Of a stretch of DNA of 64,000 bases, positions 8,110 to 17,025 are shown piece after piece. Position numbers and translations under genes: made by a program. Source of the DNA: a virus (Duplodnaviria; Caudoviricetes); IMG/VR virus record IMGVR_UViG_2524023228_000003, positions 1-64,000 of that record. One strand, 5' to 3'. Within the stretch, counting starts at the first letter, position 1; every line of letters begins with the position of its first letter. Below the pieces are notes generated by a model. The model searched no databases. It saw only the letters and a list, made by a program, of their open reading frames with translations, and had not been told where the DNA came from.

Positions 8110-10434
8110 TCAACCGCGGACTTCTCGCAAATCTTCATGACCTTGAAGAATTGTGTCAGCGAATTCCTCATGCAATTGCGTTTGCAGCCACCGATGGATC
8201 TCGTCTAAAAACGCGACTTGTTCTTCCGTGATAGGAAGGCTCTGACCTTTTGAGGCATGCATCACTGGCTTCCTCAGATCGTTTACTTCAACAAGCCACT
8301 TAGTACGGGCCTGCTTGTTTCCTTTTCCGCGAGCAAGCGGAGCTTCAAAAAGTTGCCAGTTCGCCTCAGCAATATCCCTGTAATCTAATAAATCAAAATT
8401 CTCCGCTCTCCCTCCCTTTTTTCCTCCCTCCTCGTTTATCCGGTCATCTACTTTCTTGCGGACGCTTTTCGGCACACCAGCAAACCACCAATCTGTTTCC
8501 TCATCTCCAAATTCATTCTTCAATTCTGAAAGGATTGTTGATTGTAGCACCCGCTCAATCCCTTGGAGCAGTTCGAAGGCTTGAGTTGTTGTTTGAGCTT
8601 TCTCTCGAGATAAAAATTCCTTGAGCCCAGGCGGATTGAACGTTGCGTCTAAGTTTTGGACAAACTCTTCAACGCGCCTCGTGCCGGTTGTCTGCCCTTG
8701 TATCCCTCTAAGCGATCGGAACTGGGTCATCTGTTCAGGAGTGCGCGTAGCGAAAAATTGACCAACAGCACGGCCGAAGGGCTCTAGAGCTTCAACTAGC
8801 TCTTGCGCATCAAGCTCGGACAAAGAAAGACGCTTAACAGTCTGCAAATGGTGAAAAGCGCTCCGAAGAACGTTCAAGCAGACCGTAATCCCGTCGTTCA
8901 TCGTTAAGCCGCCGCCTTCTCCAGATCCTTTCTCCCACAATTCGGAAGCTGCCGACTTTACCGAGTCAAGAAAGCCGATCAAAACAGTGACTGTACGCTT
9001 CAAAGTTGCCTGATTCTCACCGTCCCACAATGGGCCGTACTCCAGGACTTCGCCCTTCCTCGTTCGCGCGATGAACAGTCCTGTCTTTTCGAGAGCGTGA
9101 AAAATACTAGTCAAAGATATACATCTCGTCTCAGATCGCGGATCATCAGCTTTGAGAACACGGCCCAGGAGCGGAGACTTTAATTCCGAATCGAGGGCCT
9201 GAACAACTTTCGATAAGATCGCCTGCACTCGAATTTCGGGATCATCGGCATCCCAATGCAGCTCCGCATAAAGCTCTTGGAGAAGGCCTTGCTTGACCTT
9301 TCGCTGTTCGGCGTTGATGTCAACGAAAAGCCGCGCCTGCTCACTCGGTTCAAGCCCAACAAAAGCAATGACCGAAATAAGGCTCTTCTTTGCATATTGA
9401 TGATCGGCATAGGAAAACAGTCGGTGCTGACCATCAATGATCCACGCGACGCGGTAGGCTGGGCGGATCGTGAGCCAACCGAACGTAGCATTCTTGTCGT
9501 CGCCTTGCTGCTTGCCGCGGTCGAAAGACAGCCAGCGGCTCTCTGCAATATTTACAACGATATTTGTTGGGAAAATGCCTCCCTCGCTGATGTACTGCCG
9601 GATCGATCGAAGTCGAGATTTCTTCAACAAGCGCTGATAGGCGTCTATATCCGATGCTTTCCCTCTCGCTCTGTGTGAAACGAACGCAATCTTCAGGAGG
9701 TACTCGGGAGAAATGCTAAAGGAATAGCTCGTAGAACCGCCAATCTTTGCGCGGATCGCCGGTATCTTGATTTCGAGGCCGGGAATGCCGCGCCCCTGCA
9801 AAACATCAGCAAGAAATTGATATCTAGCCGCGGTCCCAACCTGAAGAATGAGCAACTCATAGTATTCCAGATCTCTTTCGTCCAGAAGCGTCACGCCGGC
9901 CGTGTTAGCTCGAATCCTATCGTTGTCCGATATGATTATCCTGGATGACCATATTGCAAAGCGAGTTACACGCTTATGGCTAGCGGGTATCTGCGCGGCA
10001 ACTGCTCGGGTAAATTTCTCCTTCAATGCAGCATGTTTCGCGAGAACGGTTGAGAAGTCCGCAAACTTCTTAGGAGTTTCGCTCGACTTACATTCAACGG
10101 CAAACGCGACTTCACCATCGATAGCCACCACATCAATTTGGTTGTCTGGGCCCTTTGGATCATTTGCGTTCAGCAGCTGAAACGCACCTCCAACCCCCGA
10201 AAGATCATTGAAGCCCATTCGATACATCAATATCCAGACGCGGTCTTCGAGCAGCTTGTCATGACTTTTAGGCTTGCTTAGGCGGGAAGTGGAAGCATTC
10301 ACTTGCGCTACAGTCCAGCCTTTTGCCAATTCCTCTGCTACAAGAGGTTCGCGGACAGTCTTGAAATCGTCAGCCTTCGCCCTTCTGTTAGCGAGCCCGC
10401 GGAGTTCATCTCGGTGGAAAATGTTGCTCAGCAT
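8110..10434 (-). CDS. 774-aa multidomain protein: PD-(D/E)XK nuclease + DGQHR + Swt1-like HEPN
   Basis: N-terminal LEDRVW..NQIDVVAIDG..VECKSS; central YQRLLKKSRL..FPTNIVVN..IIDGQHRL..FVDINAEQRKV; C-terminal IERVL..DWW..VPKSVRKK..LDYRDI..NWQLF..LRKPVMH (R-X4-H). Confidence 0.85.
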   Translation of the reverse strand: MLSNIFHRDELRGLANRRAKADDFKTVREPLVAEELAKGWTVAQVNASTSRLSKPKSHDKLLEDRVWILMYRMGFNDLSGVGGAFQLLNANDPKGPDNQIDVVAIDGEVAFAVECKSSETPKKFADFSTVLAKHAALKEKFTRAVAAQIPASHKRVTRFAIWSSRIIISDNDRIRANTAGVTLLDERDLEYYELLILQVGTAARYQFLADVLQGRGIPGLEIKIPAIRAKIGGSTSYSFSISPEYLLKIAFVSHRARGKASDIDAYQRLLKKSRLRSIRQYISEGGIFPTNIVVNIAESRWLSFDRGKQQGDDKNATFGWLTIRPAYRVAWIIDGQHRLFSYADHQYAKKSLISVIAFVGLEPSEQARLFVDINAEQRKVKQGLLQELYAELHWDADDPEIRVQAILSKVVQALDSELKSPLLGRVLKADDPRSETRCISLTSIFHALEKTGLFIARTRKGEVLEYGPLWDGENQATLKRTVTVLIGFLDSVKSAASELWEKGSGEGGGLTMNDGITVCLNVLRSAFHHLQTVKRLSLSELDAQELVEALEPFGRAVGQFFATRTPEQMTQFRSLRGIQGQTTGTRRVEEFVQNLDATFNPPGLKEFLSREKAQTTTQAFELLQGIERVLQSTILSELKNEFGDEETDWWFAGVPKSVRKKVDDRINEEGGKKGGRAENFDLLDYRDIAEANWQLFEAPLARGKGNKQARTKWLVEVNDLRKPVMHASKGQSLPITEEQVAFLDEIHRWLQTQLHEEFADTILQGHEDLREVRG

Positions 10435-11282
10435 GCCTCAGGCCTTTGGTAATTCACAGTTATGGCAAGCTCAGAGGTTTCCGTTCGAAAGTCTGAACTC
10501 GCAGCGAGGACCGAATGTCGCGGCAGCCGAACAAATTCGCCTACGTTGCGATAGAGGTCCCTGATTGATCTGTGGTTGGCATTCAGTACAAGCAGTCGAA
10601 CGCCTCTTTCTCGCGCCCGAATGATTGCTTTCGATAGTCGGACTTGATCATCCCAACTAAAGATCGCCTGATTGTATTTGAGAAAACCATTCATGTTATG
10701 TTTCACCGTGTAGGGAGGGTCGATGAATGCGAAGTCTCCCTCATCGGCGCGTTCGATCGTAGTTTCGAAGTCGCAGCAATCGATATTGATGGATTTGAGT
10801 TGTGCGGAAACCCCTTTGAAATCATCGGATGGCAATAGGACGCTATTTTTTGTACCTCGCGGCACATTGAACAGGCCCTTCTTGTTGACGCGATAGAGAC
10901 CGTTCCAACATGTGCGATTTAGGTAAATTAGCCGCGCAGCCCTGCTTGATGGCTTTGCGGGCTTGCTTGCTCTTACTTCGTAGTAGTAATCGTCCGAATG
11001 CTGCTTGCTGTGCTTTTCGAGGGCTGATTGTACCCCTTTCGGATCATCACGCAGCGCTAGGTAAGTAGCTACCAATTCTTCATTCAGATCTGAAATGATC
11101 CCACCGGACGGCCTAACGTGAAAATAGACTGCCCCGCTCCCGAGGAACGGCTCGAAATAGTTTCGAACGCCTGAGGGAATAAGATCTGGAAATCTCTGTA
11201 TGAGCCATCGCTTCCCACCAGCCCACTTTAGGAAGGGATCAAACTGCGCGTGAACGTCATGAGTTGAGCCGACCGTTGCATC
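10428..11282 (-). CDS. Dam-family (D12 class) N6-adenine DNA methyltransferase
   Basis: PFLKWAGGKRW, YFEPFLGSGAV, IYLNRTCWNGLYRVNKKGLFNVP, FIDPPY; overlaps the start of the 774-aa gene; start could be 11282 or 11315. Confidence 0.93.
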   Translation of the reverse strand, partial: DATVGSTHDVHAQFDPFLKWAGGKRWLIQRFPDLIPSGVRNYFEPFLGSGAVYFHVRPSGGIISDLNEELVATYLALRDDPKGVQSALEKHSKQHSDDYYYEVRASKPAKPSSRAARLIYLNRTCWNGLYRVNKKGLFNVPRGTKNSVLLPSDDFKGVSAQLKSINIDCCDFETTIERADEGDFAFIDPPYTVKHNMNGFLKYNQAIFSWDDQVRLSKAIIRARERGVRLLVLNANHRSIRDLYRNVGEFVRLPRHSVLAASSDFRTETSELAITVNYQRPEAC

Positions 11283-11969
11283 CATTTTCTTCTCGAGATC
11301 TCCGAGCGCGCACAACCCAGCTTTCGGAAGATTCTCTATGGGTTGGCCGACTCAATGCACCTCCTTTATCGTAGACTCGCCCCAGACGGGCAATAGGCTC
11401 TCATGTGCAACTCTGGCCTATTCCGGCCAAAATTGCGCAGCTGCCACGCGGCCGTCGCCTGCGGATTAGGTAGGCCTCATGTAGGCGCAATCGGCAAAAA
11501 TGATTGCCCGCTTGGCGCCGGTTACGCTGGAATCTTCCAGGTCCTCACCAAGTTGATCGACGCTGCCCACCATCTCAGCGGCCGGGCGCGCCGAGCGCCT
11601 GGAAGACGTTTCGATCCGGCCTCGTAGTGCTGAACCAGCGCCGTATCGAGTGGCTCTGCTGGATCATCGGGCACTGGAGTGTCTACGAGCCGTGGAGGCG
11701 GGGTCAGCGCCACTGGCTGCGGCCAAATGCCTGCTGCCGCTGCAGTGAGCTGGATCACTGGCAGGTCTCCCGTACCAAGTTCAAACCCTTGGATGTGTCA
11801 TGAACGGCTGGACCCAAGCTGCGATCGGCCCTTCGCTACGCGCGCGCGTTAGTCGTGCCCTAGACTTCTGCCAAGGGGGAACTCAAAGTTAAATACCGAA
11901 AATGCCGGTCGCGGGTTCCATCGGAAGGGCCTTGAACTCTGCTATAGTCGTGTCTGGAGAGAGGACGCC

Positions 11970-12263
11970 ATGGACCCGACAGCCGTTGTTGTAGCTCTGA
12001 TTTCAGCAGCCGCCGTAATAATTGCAGCCGTGATAAAGGCAAATGCACATCAACCACGTCGTCCATATGAACCGTACGAACCCGAAATCGTTTATCGGCA
12101 AGCTCCGGTACGGCAATCTGATGATCCGATTTGGCTCTGCGTAGCGGCCCTATGCATCTTAGCTCTCGGGTTGCTGCTCCTCACGGGGGACATCTACGGA
12201 CCTGAAGTGCCCATATTCGCGTTCGTCGCGTTTCTTTCCCTCGTGATCGCGAAGAGGCGCTAG
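11970..12263 (+). CDS. Hypothetical small membrane protein (about 3 TM), moron-like
   Basis: Three hydrophobic segments, RBS AGAGGA; convergent on the phage minus-strand genes. Confidence 0.55.
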   Translation: MDPTAVVVALISAAAVIIAAVIKANAHQPRRPYEPYEPEIVYRQAPVRQSDDPIWLCVAALCILALGLLLLTGDIYGPEVPIFAFVAFLSLVIAKRR

Positions 12264-12312
12264 TCGCCTCCGCCGCGGCAGGTTCGGGCTCAGCGTCACC
12301 CCCGGGTCAGCT

Positions 12313-12594
12313 TCATGTTGATGAGCCGCATTTCGCTTTCAACTCCTGGTCCAGGACATGGATCTGGCGCCACAGCTCCGTGATCCTCGCCTTGAGTTCT
12401 GCCTCCGTCATCGACGCCTTCGGCTCCGGGTCCGGCAGCGCGTACGCACAGTCGGCGCAGATGACAGCTCTCTTGTCCCCGATGAATGTCTTGTCCTCTT
12501 GATCCCTGCACCCTGCTCCATGGCAATGGTTCAGGTATGACCCGGGCGCCCAGCCATATCGCTGGGGCCTCGAGTCCTCTTTCCAGCGCAACAT
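12313..12594 (-). CDS. Hypothetical phage protein with Cys motifs
   Basis: TGATG coupling to the upstream kinase frame; CHGAGC..CADC. Confidence 0.65.
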   Translation of the reverse strand: MLRWKEDSRPQRYGWAPGSYLNHCHGAGCRDQEDKTFIGDKRAVICADCAYALPDPEPKASMTEAELKARITELWRQIHVLDQELKAKCGSST

Positions 12595-13270
12595 CAGCGA
12601 CCGAGCCCGGTTGCCAGCGCGAGCCCGGCGGCAGCCGCGATCGCCTTCTTCGAGTTGGCGTGGTCTGCTGCACCCGGCTGAAGTGCTGCGCCATCGCCTT
12701 GTCCAGGTCGGCGTAGAGCGTTTCCACGTCGGAGTCGTTGTGGATGATGTAGTCCGGCTGGATCAGGTCGATGCGCTCGCTCGGGTGAACGCCCCACATG
12801 ATGCCGAACTTGTCGAACAGGAACTCGCCCAGCTTGTGCTTGAACTTCGCCGGCCGCGTGCCCGGGCGCTTGATCATGATCACGAAGCCGCCGAGGCCAC
12901 GGATCGCCTTCGCCTCGTTCGGGAAGCGCACGGAGTCGTTCATGACGGACTCGCCATCGGCGATGCCGCGAGCCCAGGTGTTGGCCCACAGATCCTCGCT
13001 GATCAGGTTGCGGCCCCACTCGGTGCCGATCGTGATCTGCGCATAGCGCGAGGTGACGCCCAGGCACGGGATCACCTGCTCCTTCAGATCGCCCTCCAGG
13101 TAGCGTGTGATCTCCTCGGACGACATGCCGTTCGCCTGGAGCAGCACCGCGAGCATGGCCCGCAGCGGCTCAGCGATGTGCTTGCGGCGCACGCCGTACT
13201 TCTTCTCCAGGTACAGCGCCGCCGTGGTCTTTCCCGACTGTGCGAAGCCCGATAGGCCGATAACCGTCAT
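12594..13270 (-). CDS. Deoxynucleoside monophosphate kinase (phage type), apparent frameshift near the 3' end (about 12660)
   Basis: VIGLSGFAQSGKTT P-loop, AEPLRAM, QITIGTEWGR, DSVRFPNE, HPSE. The alternative-frame tail ANSKKAIAAAAGLALATGLGR ends in TGATG coupling at 12594. Confidence 0.85.
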
Positions 13271-13304
13271 TTGCAGTCCCTTTCCTTTGCATTCAAACAA
13301 GCGT

Positions 13305-14264
13305 TCAGGCAGCAAGCAGCTGCCGCGTCACGTCCACGGCGTCCCACAGCGTCGGGACTCTGAAACCGACGAGCTGGTTGACCATGGCGTGTTCGTGGGG
13401 GTTGCCGTAGGCCGCCGGCGGCGTGAACTTCACGGGCTCACGAGCCTGAGCGGCCTTCCAACTCGCATAGAGGTCTTCCTGTTCTTGGACGATCTCCGGC
13501 GGACGACGCTGGAATCCCTTGTGGCCTTTGTGACCTTCCGGACGAAATCCTGCGTTGATCTTTTCGATCTCGAAACCGAGCGCCGCCTGAGCGCGCTTGA
13601 TGACGAGATGGGGATAGATCGCCTGAGCGAGTATCGCTGCATCCTTGTTGTTCACGGTCCAGCGCCACGCCTCGCGCCATTGGGGATTGTTGCTACGCTT
13701 GTACGGGCCTGTGATCACGCCGAGTCCGTTGCTCCGCTGATACGCGGCGTCGATCATCTCCTTGTCGGTCATGGTGACCTGGATCCGGAACTCGAAGCAC
13801 GGGCTGCCGGAATCCCGGACGCGACGCACGACGTAGACGCACCCCTCTCCGTCGATGAGAGCGGCAAGCCAACCGAGATGGTTGTGGTCAATGGTGTGCG
13901 CCGGAGCATCTTCCATAGCGCAAACGATCGGGATGTCCTTCGAGTTTGCCCACGCGATCTCAAGCATGGTCCCGATCGAGACCTTCGGCGCTGCCAGCAG
14001 ATTCACCAGCAACACGTCGCAGCGCATCGCGTCCCAGCGATCACGGATGGTCAGCCCCTTCGGGGTGGACATCGGCGACTTCAGTCGCTCGGTCTCCTTG
14101 GCTGCATCGGTGAAGATACCGATCGCCTTCATGTGCTCCTGGAAGCGGAGCGGCGAGAGCGCCTTGATCCCGAACTGGGCGAGTTCGCCTTTCGCGTACT
14201 CGCGCCAGTCCGTGGCGCCCTCGAAGTTGAGACCGGAGATGGGTCCGGCCAGATAAACCAGCAT
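13305..14264 (-). CDS. Nucleoside 2-deoxyribosyltransferase/N-glycosidase-like protein with an in-frame LAGLIDADG domain (about 13407-13907)
   Basis: VYLAGPISG..W..RD..CDVLLVNL..SIGTMLEIAWA..IPIVCAMED | APAHTIDHNHLGWLAALIDGEG..PPAAY | GNPHEHAMV..GFRV. Confidence 0.85.
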   Translation of the reverse strand: MLVYLAGPISGLNFEGATDWREYAKGELAQFGIKALSPLRFQEHMKAIGIFTDAAKETERLKSPMSTPKGLTIRDRWDAMRCDVLLVNLLAAPKVSIGTMLEIAWANSKDIPIVCAMEDAPAHTIDHNHLGWLAALIDGEGCVYVVRRVRDSGSPCFEFRIQVTMTDKEMIDAAYQRSNGLGVITGPYKRSNNPQWREAWRWTVNNKDAAILAQAIYPHLVIKRAQAALGFEIEKINAGFRPEGHKGHKGFQRRPPEIVQEQEDLYASWKAAQAREPVKFTPPAAYGNPHEHAMVNQLVGFRVPTLWDAVDVTRQLLAA

Positions 14265-14296
14265 GCAAGCCCCCTTATTTGCATTCATGCAAGCGA

Positions 14297-16261
14297 TTAG
14301 ACAACGAAAGACGCAGCGGGCATGCGGATGACCCGCCGTCCCGGACGCCACTTGCCCTTTTGGAGCGTGGCCAGTGAACGCTTCCCATCCGGATACTGAA
14401 TGGTCACGGTGACCGCCCAGCCCGACAGGCCCTTGTTGTAGCCGTGACGCAGGTTCATGACGCCGGAGACGTACACGCCCTCGTTGATCTCGGGGCTGTG
14501 CTTGTCGCCGATCGACATCTTGCGCCCTGCCCGCGCAAAGCCGGCCACGGTGCCCTTGGCGCCGTTCGCTCCGCGGAAGCCGTGGTTGCCGACCTCGATG
14601 CCGTCGATCAGGAAGCTGTAGCCGTCGACGCACCACTGGACCAGCTCGCCCAGCTCTGGGCGCTTGATCCGGACTGCGTGCTCCAGCAGCGAGAAGCGCG
14701 GCAACGGCAGGTCATTGTCCAGCGCGTAGGAGCGCTCCTCGACATACCCGAGGTAGGCATCCTCCAGCTGGAGGCCGTAACGGATGTTGGTGCCGTCGTT
14801 GCGGTACCGGCCCTCACGGACGTACTTCTCCAGCGCCAGGTCGTGGTTACCTTCGGCGATGATGGCCTTGCGGTCCTCGCGCGCCAGCAGCGCCAGGAAA
14901 TCGCCGACTCCATCGACCTCGTTCTCCACGCTGTCGCGGCGACGGATCGCCATCTCGTAGCTGTGGGCGTTGTCGTGGACGTGGTGGTGGTTTCGAGCCT
15001 CGTTGTCGAAGATGTCGTGCAGGATGACGTTCTCGGGGTTGAGGACGTCGACCATGCTGTTGCGGAACTGCGCTCGGCCGCCCCGCATATCCCATCCGAA
15101 GATGGCCATGCAGTTGGTCTGGTCGATCTTGCGGACGTGGATGTCCGGCATGGTGATCGCCTTGACGCGGTGCCCGGTCGTGACCTCGGCGTTCGCCACA
15201 TAGGCGTCGAGGTCATAGAACGAGCCGTCATCATCGTTGGCCGTGATCTGGCGGCAGAAGATGTCCCCGTCCTCGTCGAACTGGACCACGGTGGCGCCGA
15301 TCACCTGATGGAACAGAGACTTCACGCCGGCCTTGCGCGGGATGACCTTGGGGCGCGTCACGGCGCCCGACGTCATGACCTGGTGGGCCTGGATCGTCGG
15401 ATCGGTCGAGGGCACGCTCTTGAGCTGCCGCTTGGCGTGCGGGAACACGGCCCAGCGGCCCCGGCTGTACGTCACCAGATCGGAGATCGGCGCGGATGCG
15501 GTCGGCAGCGTGTTCATCTCGCCGCAGAACATGAAGTTGTCGCCGACCTTCATCTGGCCGAAGCACAGATACGGCGACAGCTCGGTGGCGTAGGCACGCG
15601 CGGTTGGGTTGTTCTCGGCCCACCACTGGGTCTCGTAGGTCCAGGGACCGACGACGATCTCGGCGTCGATGTAGGCCGCGTAGGCCTGGAGGTTGGCCCA
15701 GAACTCCTCGTGGAGCGGAGCGTCGTTCTGCGCTCCGGTGAAGATGAAGCTGCGGCCACGCGAGTCCTCGACGGGCTCGACGCGCAGGGTGTCGCTCATC
15801 CAGGTGCGGGGCGTGCCCTCCTTGATGACGTAGGCGCCCAGCTGGCGGTCGTAACGACGCACCAGGTAGGAGTCGATGATGATGGCATCCGGGTTGATGA
15901 CCGGATAGTTCGATGCGGTGATGAGGGAGGTAACTTCCGCGGAGAGGGATTCCGCACGCTTGTGGGCGTGGTCTTCGGCGGACAGTTCTTCGCCTGCTTC
16001 TTCGGCACCGCGGGTCACGGTGGCGGTCTTTACAGGCGGGATGTAGAGCGACCAGTCGACCGCGAAGTTCTCGCGGCGCTTGCGCTTCAGCGCCTCTTCG
16101 GCGCGGACCCAGTTCGGATAGTTGATGCCGTCGCGGCGCTCCGCAGTCTTGGTGGCGGAGGCGAGGCCCCCACGCTGCCCCTGCGGGTGGTAACCCAGCT
16201 TGAGCAGATCTTCGATGACCTGCTTTCTGCGAGCGCGTTCTTCGGTGGTGAGGAGCGTCAT
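14297..16261 (-). CDS. 654-aa phage protein with C-terminal calcineurin-like metallophosphoesterase domain
   Basis: MPDIH, HDIFD, EGNHD, GNHG, GDKHSP in metallophosphoesterase motif order. Confidence 0.75.
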   Translation of the reverse strand: MTLLTTEERARRKQVIEDLLKLGYHPQGQRGGLASATKTAERRDGINYPNWVRAEEALKRKRRENFAVDWSLYIPPVKTATVTRGAEEAGEELSAEDHAHKRAESLSAEVTSLITASNYPVINPDAIIIDSYLVRRYDRQLGAYVIKEGTPRTWMSDTLRVEPVEDSRGRSFIFTGAQNDAPLHEEFWANLQAYAAYIDAEIVVGPWTYETQWWAENNPTARAYATELSPYLCFGQMKVGDNFMFCGEMNTLPTASAPISDLVTYSRGRWAVFPHAKRQLKSVPSTDPTIQAHQVMTSGAVTRPKVIPRKAGVKSLFHQVIGATVVQFDEDGDIFCRQITANDDDGSFYDLDAYVANAEVTTGHRVKAITMPDIHVRKIDQTNCMAIFGWDMRGGRAQFRNSMVDVLNPENVILHDIFDNEARNHHHVHDNAHSYEMAIRRRDSVENEVDGVGDFLALLAREDRKAIIAEGNHDLALEKYVREGRYRNDGTNIRYGLQLEDAYLGYVEERSYALDNDLPLPRFSLLEHAVRIKRPELGELVQWCVDGYSFLIDGIEVGNHGFRGANGAKGTVAGFARAGRKMSIGDKHSPEINEGVYVSGVMNLRHGYNKGLSGWAVTVTIQYPDGKRSLATLQKGKWRPGRRVIRMPAASFVV

Positions 16262-16387
16262 TTTACCCTGTGGTTGGTTGGGAACCCGAAACCACGAGGG
16301 TGTGCCTACCCCCGAGATTTCGGCCTCGGAGGTAGCACATCATTTGCCTTCGTGCAAATATCAGAATGCAAACGGAGCAGTCAAGCG

Positions 16388-16729
16388 TTATTTGGATGTC
16401 AGCTTGATCATGTTGACCATGCGATCGACGATCGCATCGGGCATCTTCATGACCGCGTCCGACAAGCTGTCCATGCGTTCGGTGAGCCGAGTCTCGATCG
16501 CCCTAACGGTATCCCAGGAGGCGTACTCCTCGACCACCTTGAGCTTGAACGCGGTCACCTCCTTCATCGCGTCCTCGGCCTTGACCTGTGCCTTGGCGAC
16601 AGCAGCATCGGCGTCGGAGCGGACCTTATCGATCTTGCCTTCGACCTTCCACCAGATGCCGGACACGAATCCGGCAATGGCGAGGAACGGCCCCACGAGC
16701 TGCAGAGCCTCTGAAAAATCCATGGCCAT
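16388..16729 (-). CDS. Lysis-region membrane protein (N-terminal TM + coiled coil)
   Basis: VGPFLAIAGFVSGIWW helix; directly after the spanin pair. Confidence 0.6.
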   Translation of the reverse strand: MAMDFSEALQLVGPFLAIAGFVSGIWWKVEGKIDKVRSDADAAVAKAQVKAEDAMKEVTAFKLKVVEEYASWDTVRAIETRLTERMDSLSDAVMKMPDAIVDRMVNMIKLTSK

Positions 16730-17025
16730 TAAAGGTAGCCTTCCTTCTCTGCTCGATCGAGCAGGGCCATGCAGGCCTTGGTGTCTTCGATGTTGGTGTT
16801 TGCGCCGATCAGCGCGGCCCGGTAGCGGGCGATCACGGTACGGGTGTCCATGCCGGCCTTGATGGGCGGCAGATCAACCCTCTGCGCGACCCTCATGCAG
16901 GCCTCGATGTTCGGCCGCTGCTCCACGGGAGCGTTGCTACCGGATGTTTGACAGGCTGCGAGCATCAGCGGGAGACAGAACAAGCCCCCGGCCCTTCGCA
17001 TGCCGGCGAGCCAGCTGCGTTTCAT
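16729..17025 (-). CDS. Outer-membrane spanin (Rz1-like lipoprotein)
   Basis: Lipobox LAAC; overlaps the 3' end of the Rz-like gene. Confidence 0.7.
   Translation of the reverse strand: MKRSWLAGMRRAGGLFCLPLMLAACQTSGSNAPVEQRPNIEACMRVAQRVDLPPIKAGMDTRTVIARYRAALIGANTNIEDTKACMALLDRAEKEGYL

Noticed and set aside
6093-10434. Dnd/Ssp phosphorothioation cluster
   Set aside because: Only DGQHR domains are present; no cysteine desulfurase, PAPS-reductase-like DndC/SspD, DndD ATPase or DndE in the window.
11403-11803. Short ORFs right of the Dam gene
   Set aside because: No motifs; overlapping alternatives; probably remnant or intergenic DNA.
13407-13907. Intein or group I intron explanation for the LAGLIDADG insert
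   Set aside because: No intein block A start, no terminal His-Asn followed by Cys/Ser/Thr, and the whole insert is open frame with no room for a ribozyme core. Not excluded by computation.
2389-16261. Z-base (PurZ), 7-deazaguanine or hydroxymethyl-pyrimidine hypermodification cluster
   Set aside because: No PurZ, QueC/D/E/FolE, DpdA or thymidylate-synthase-like gene recognised in the window.
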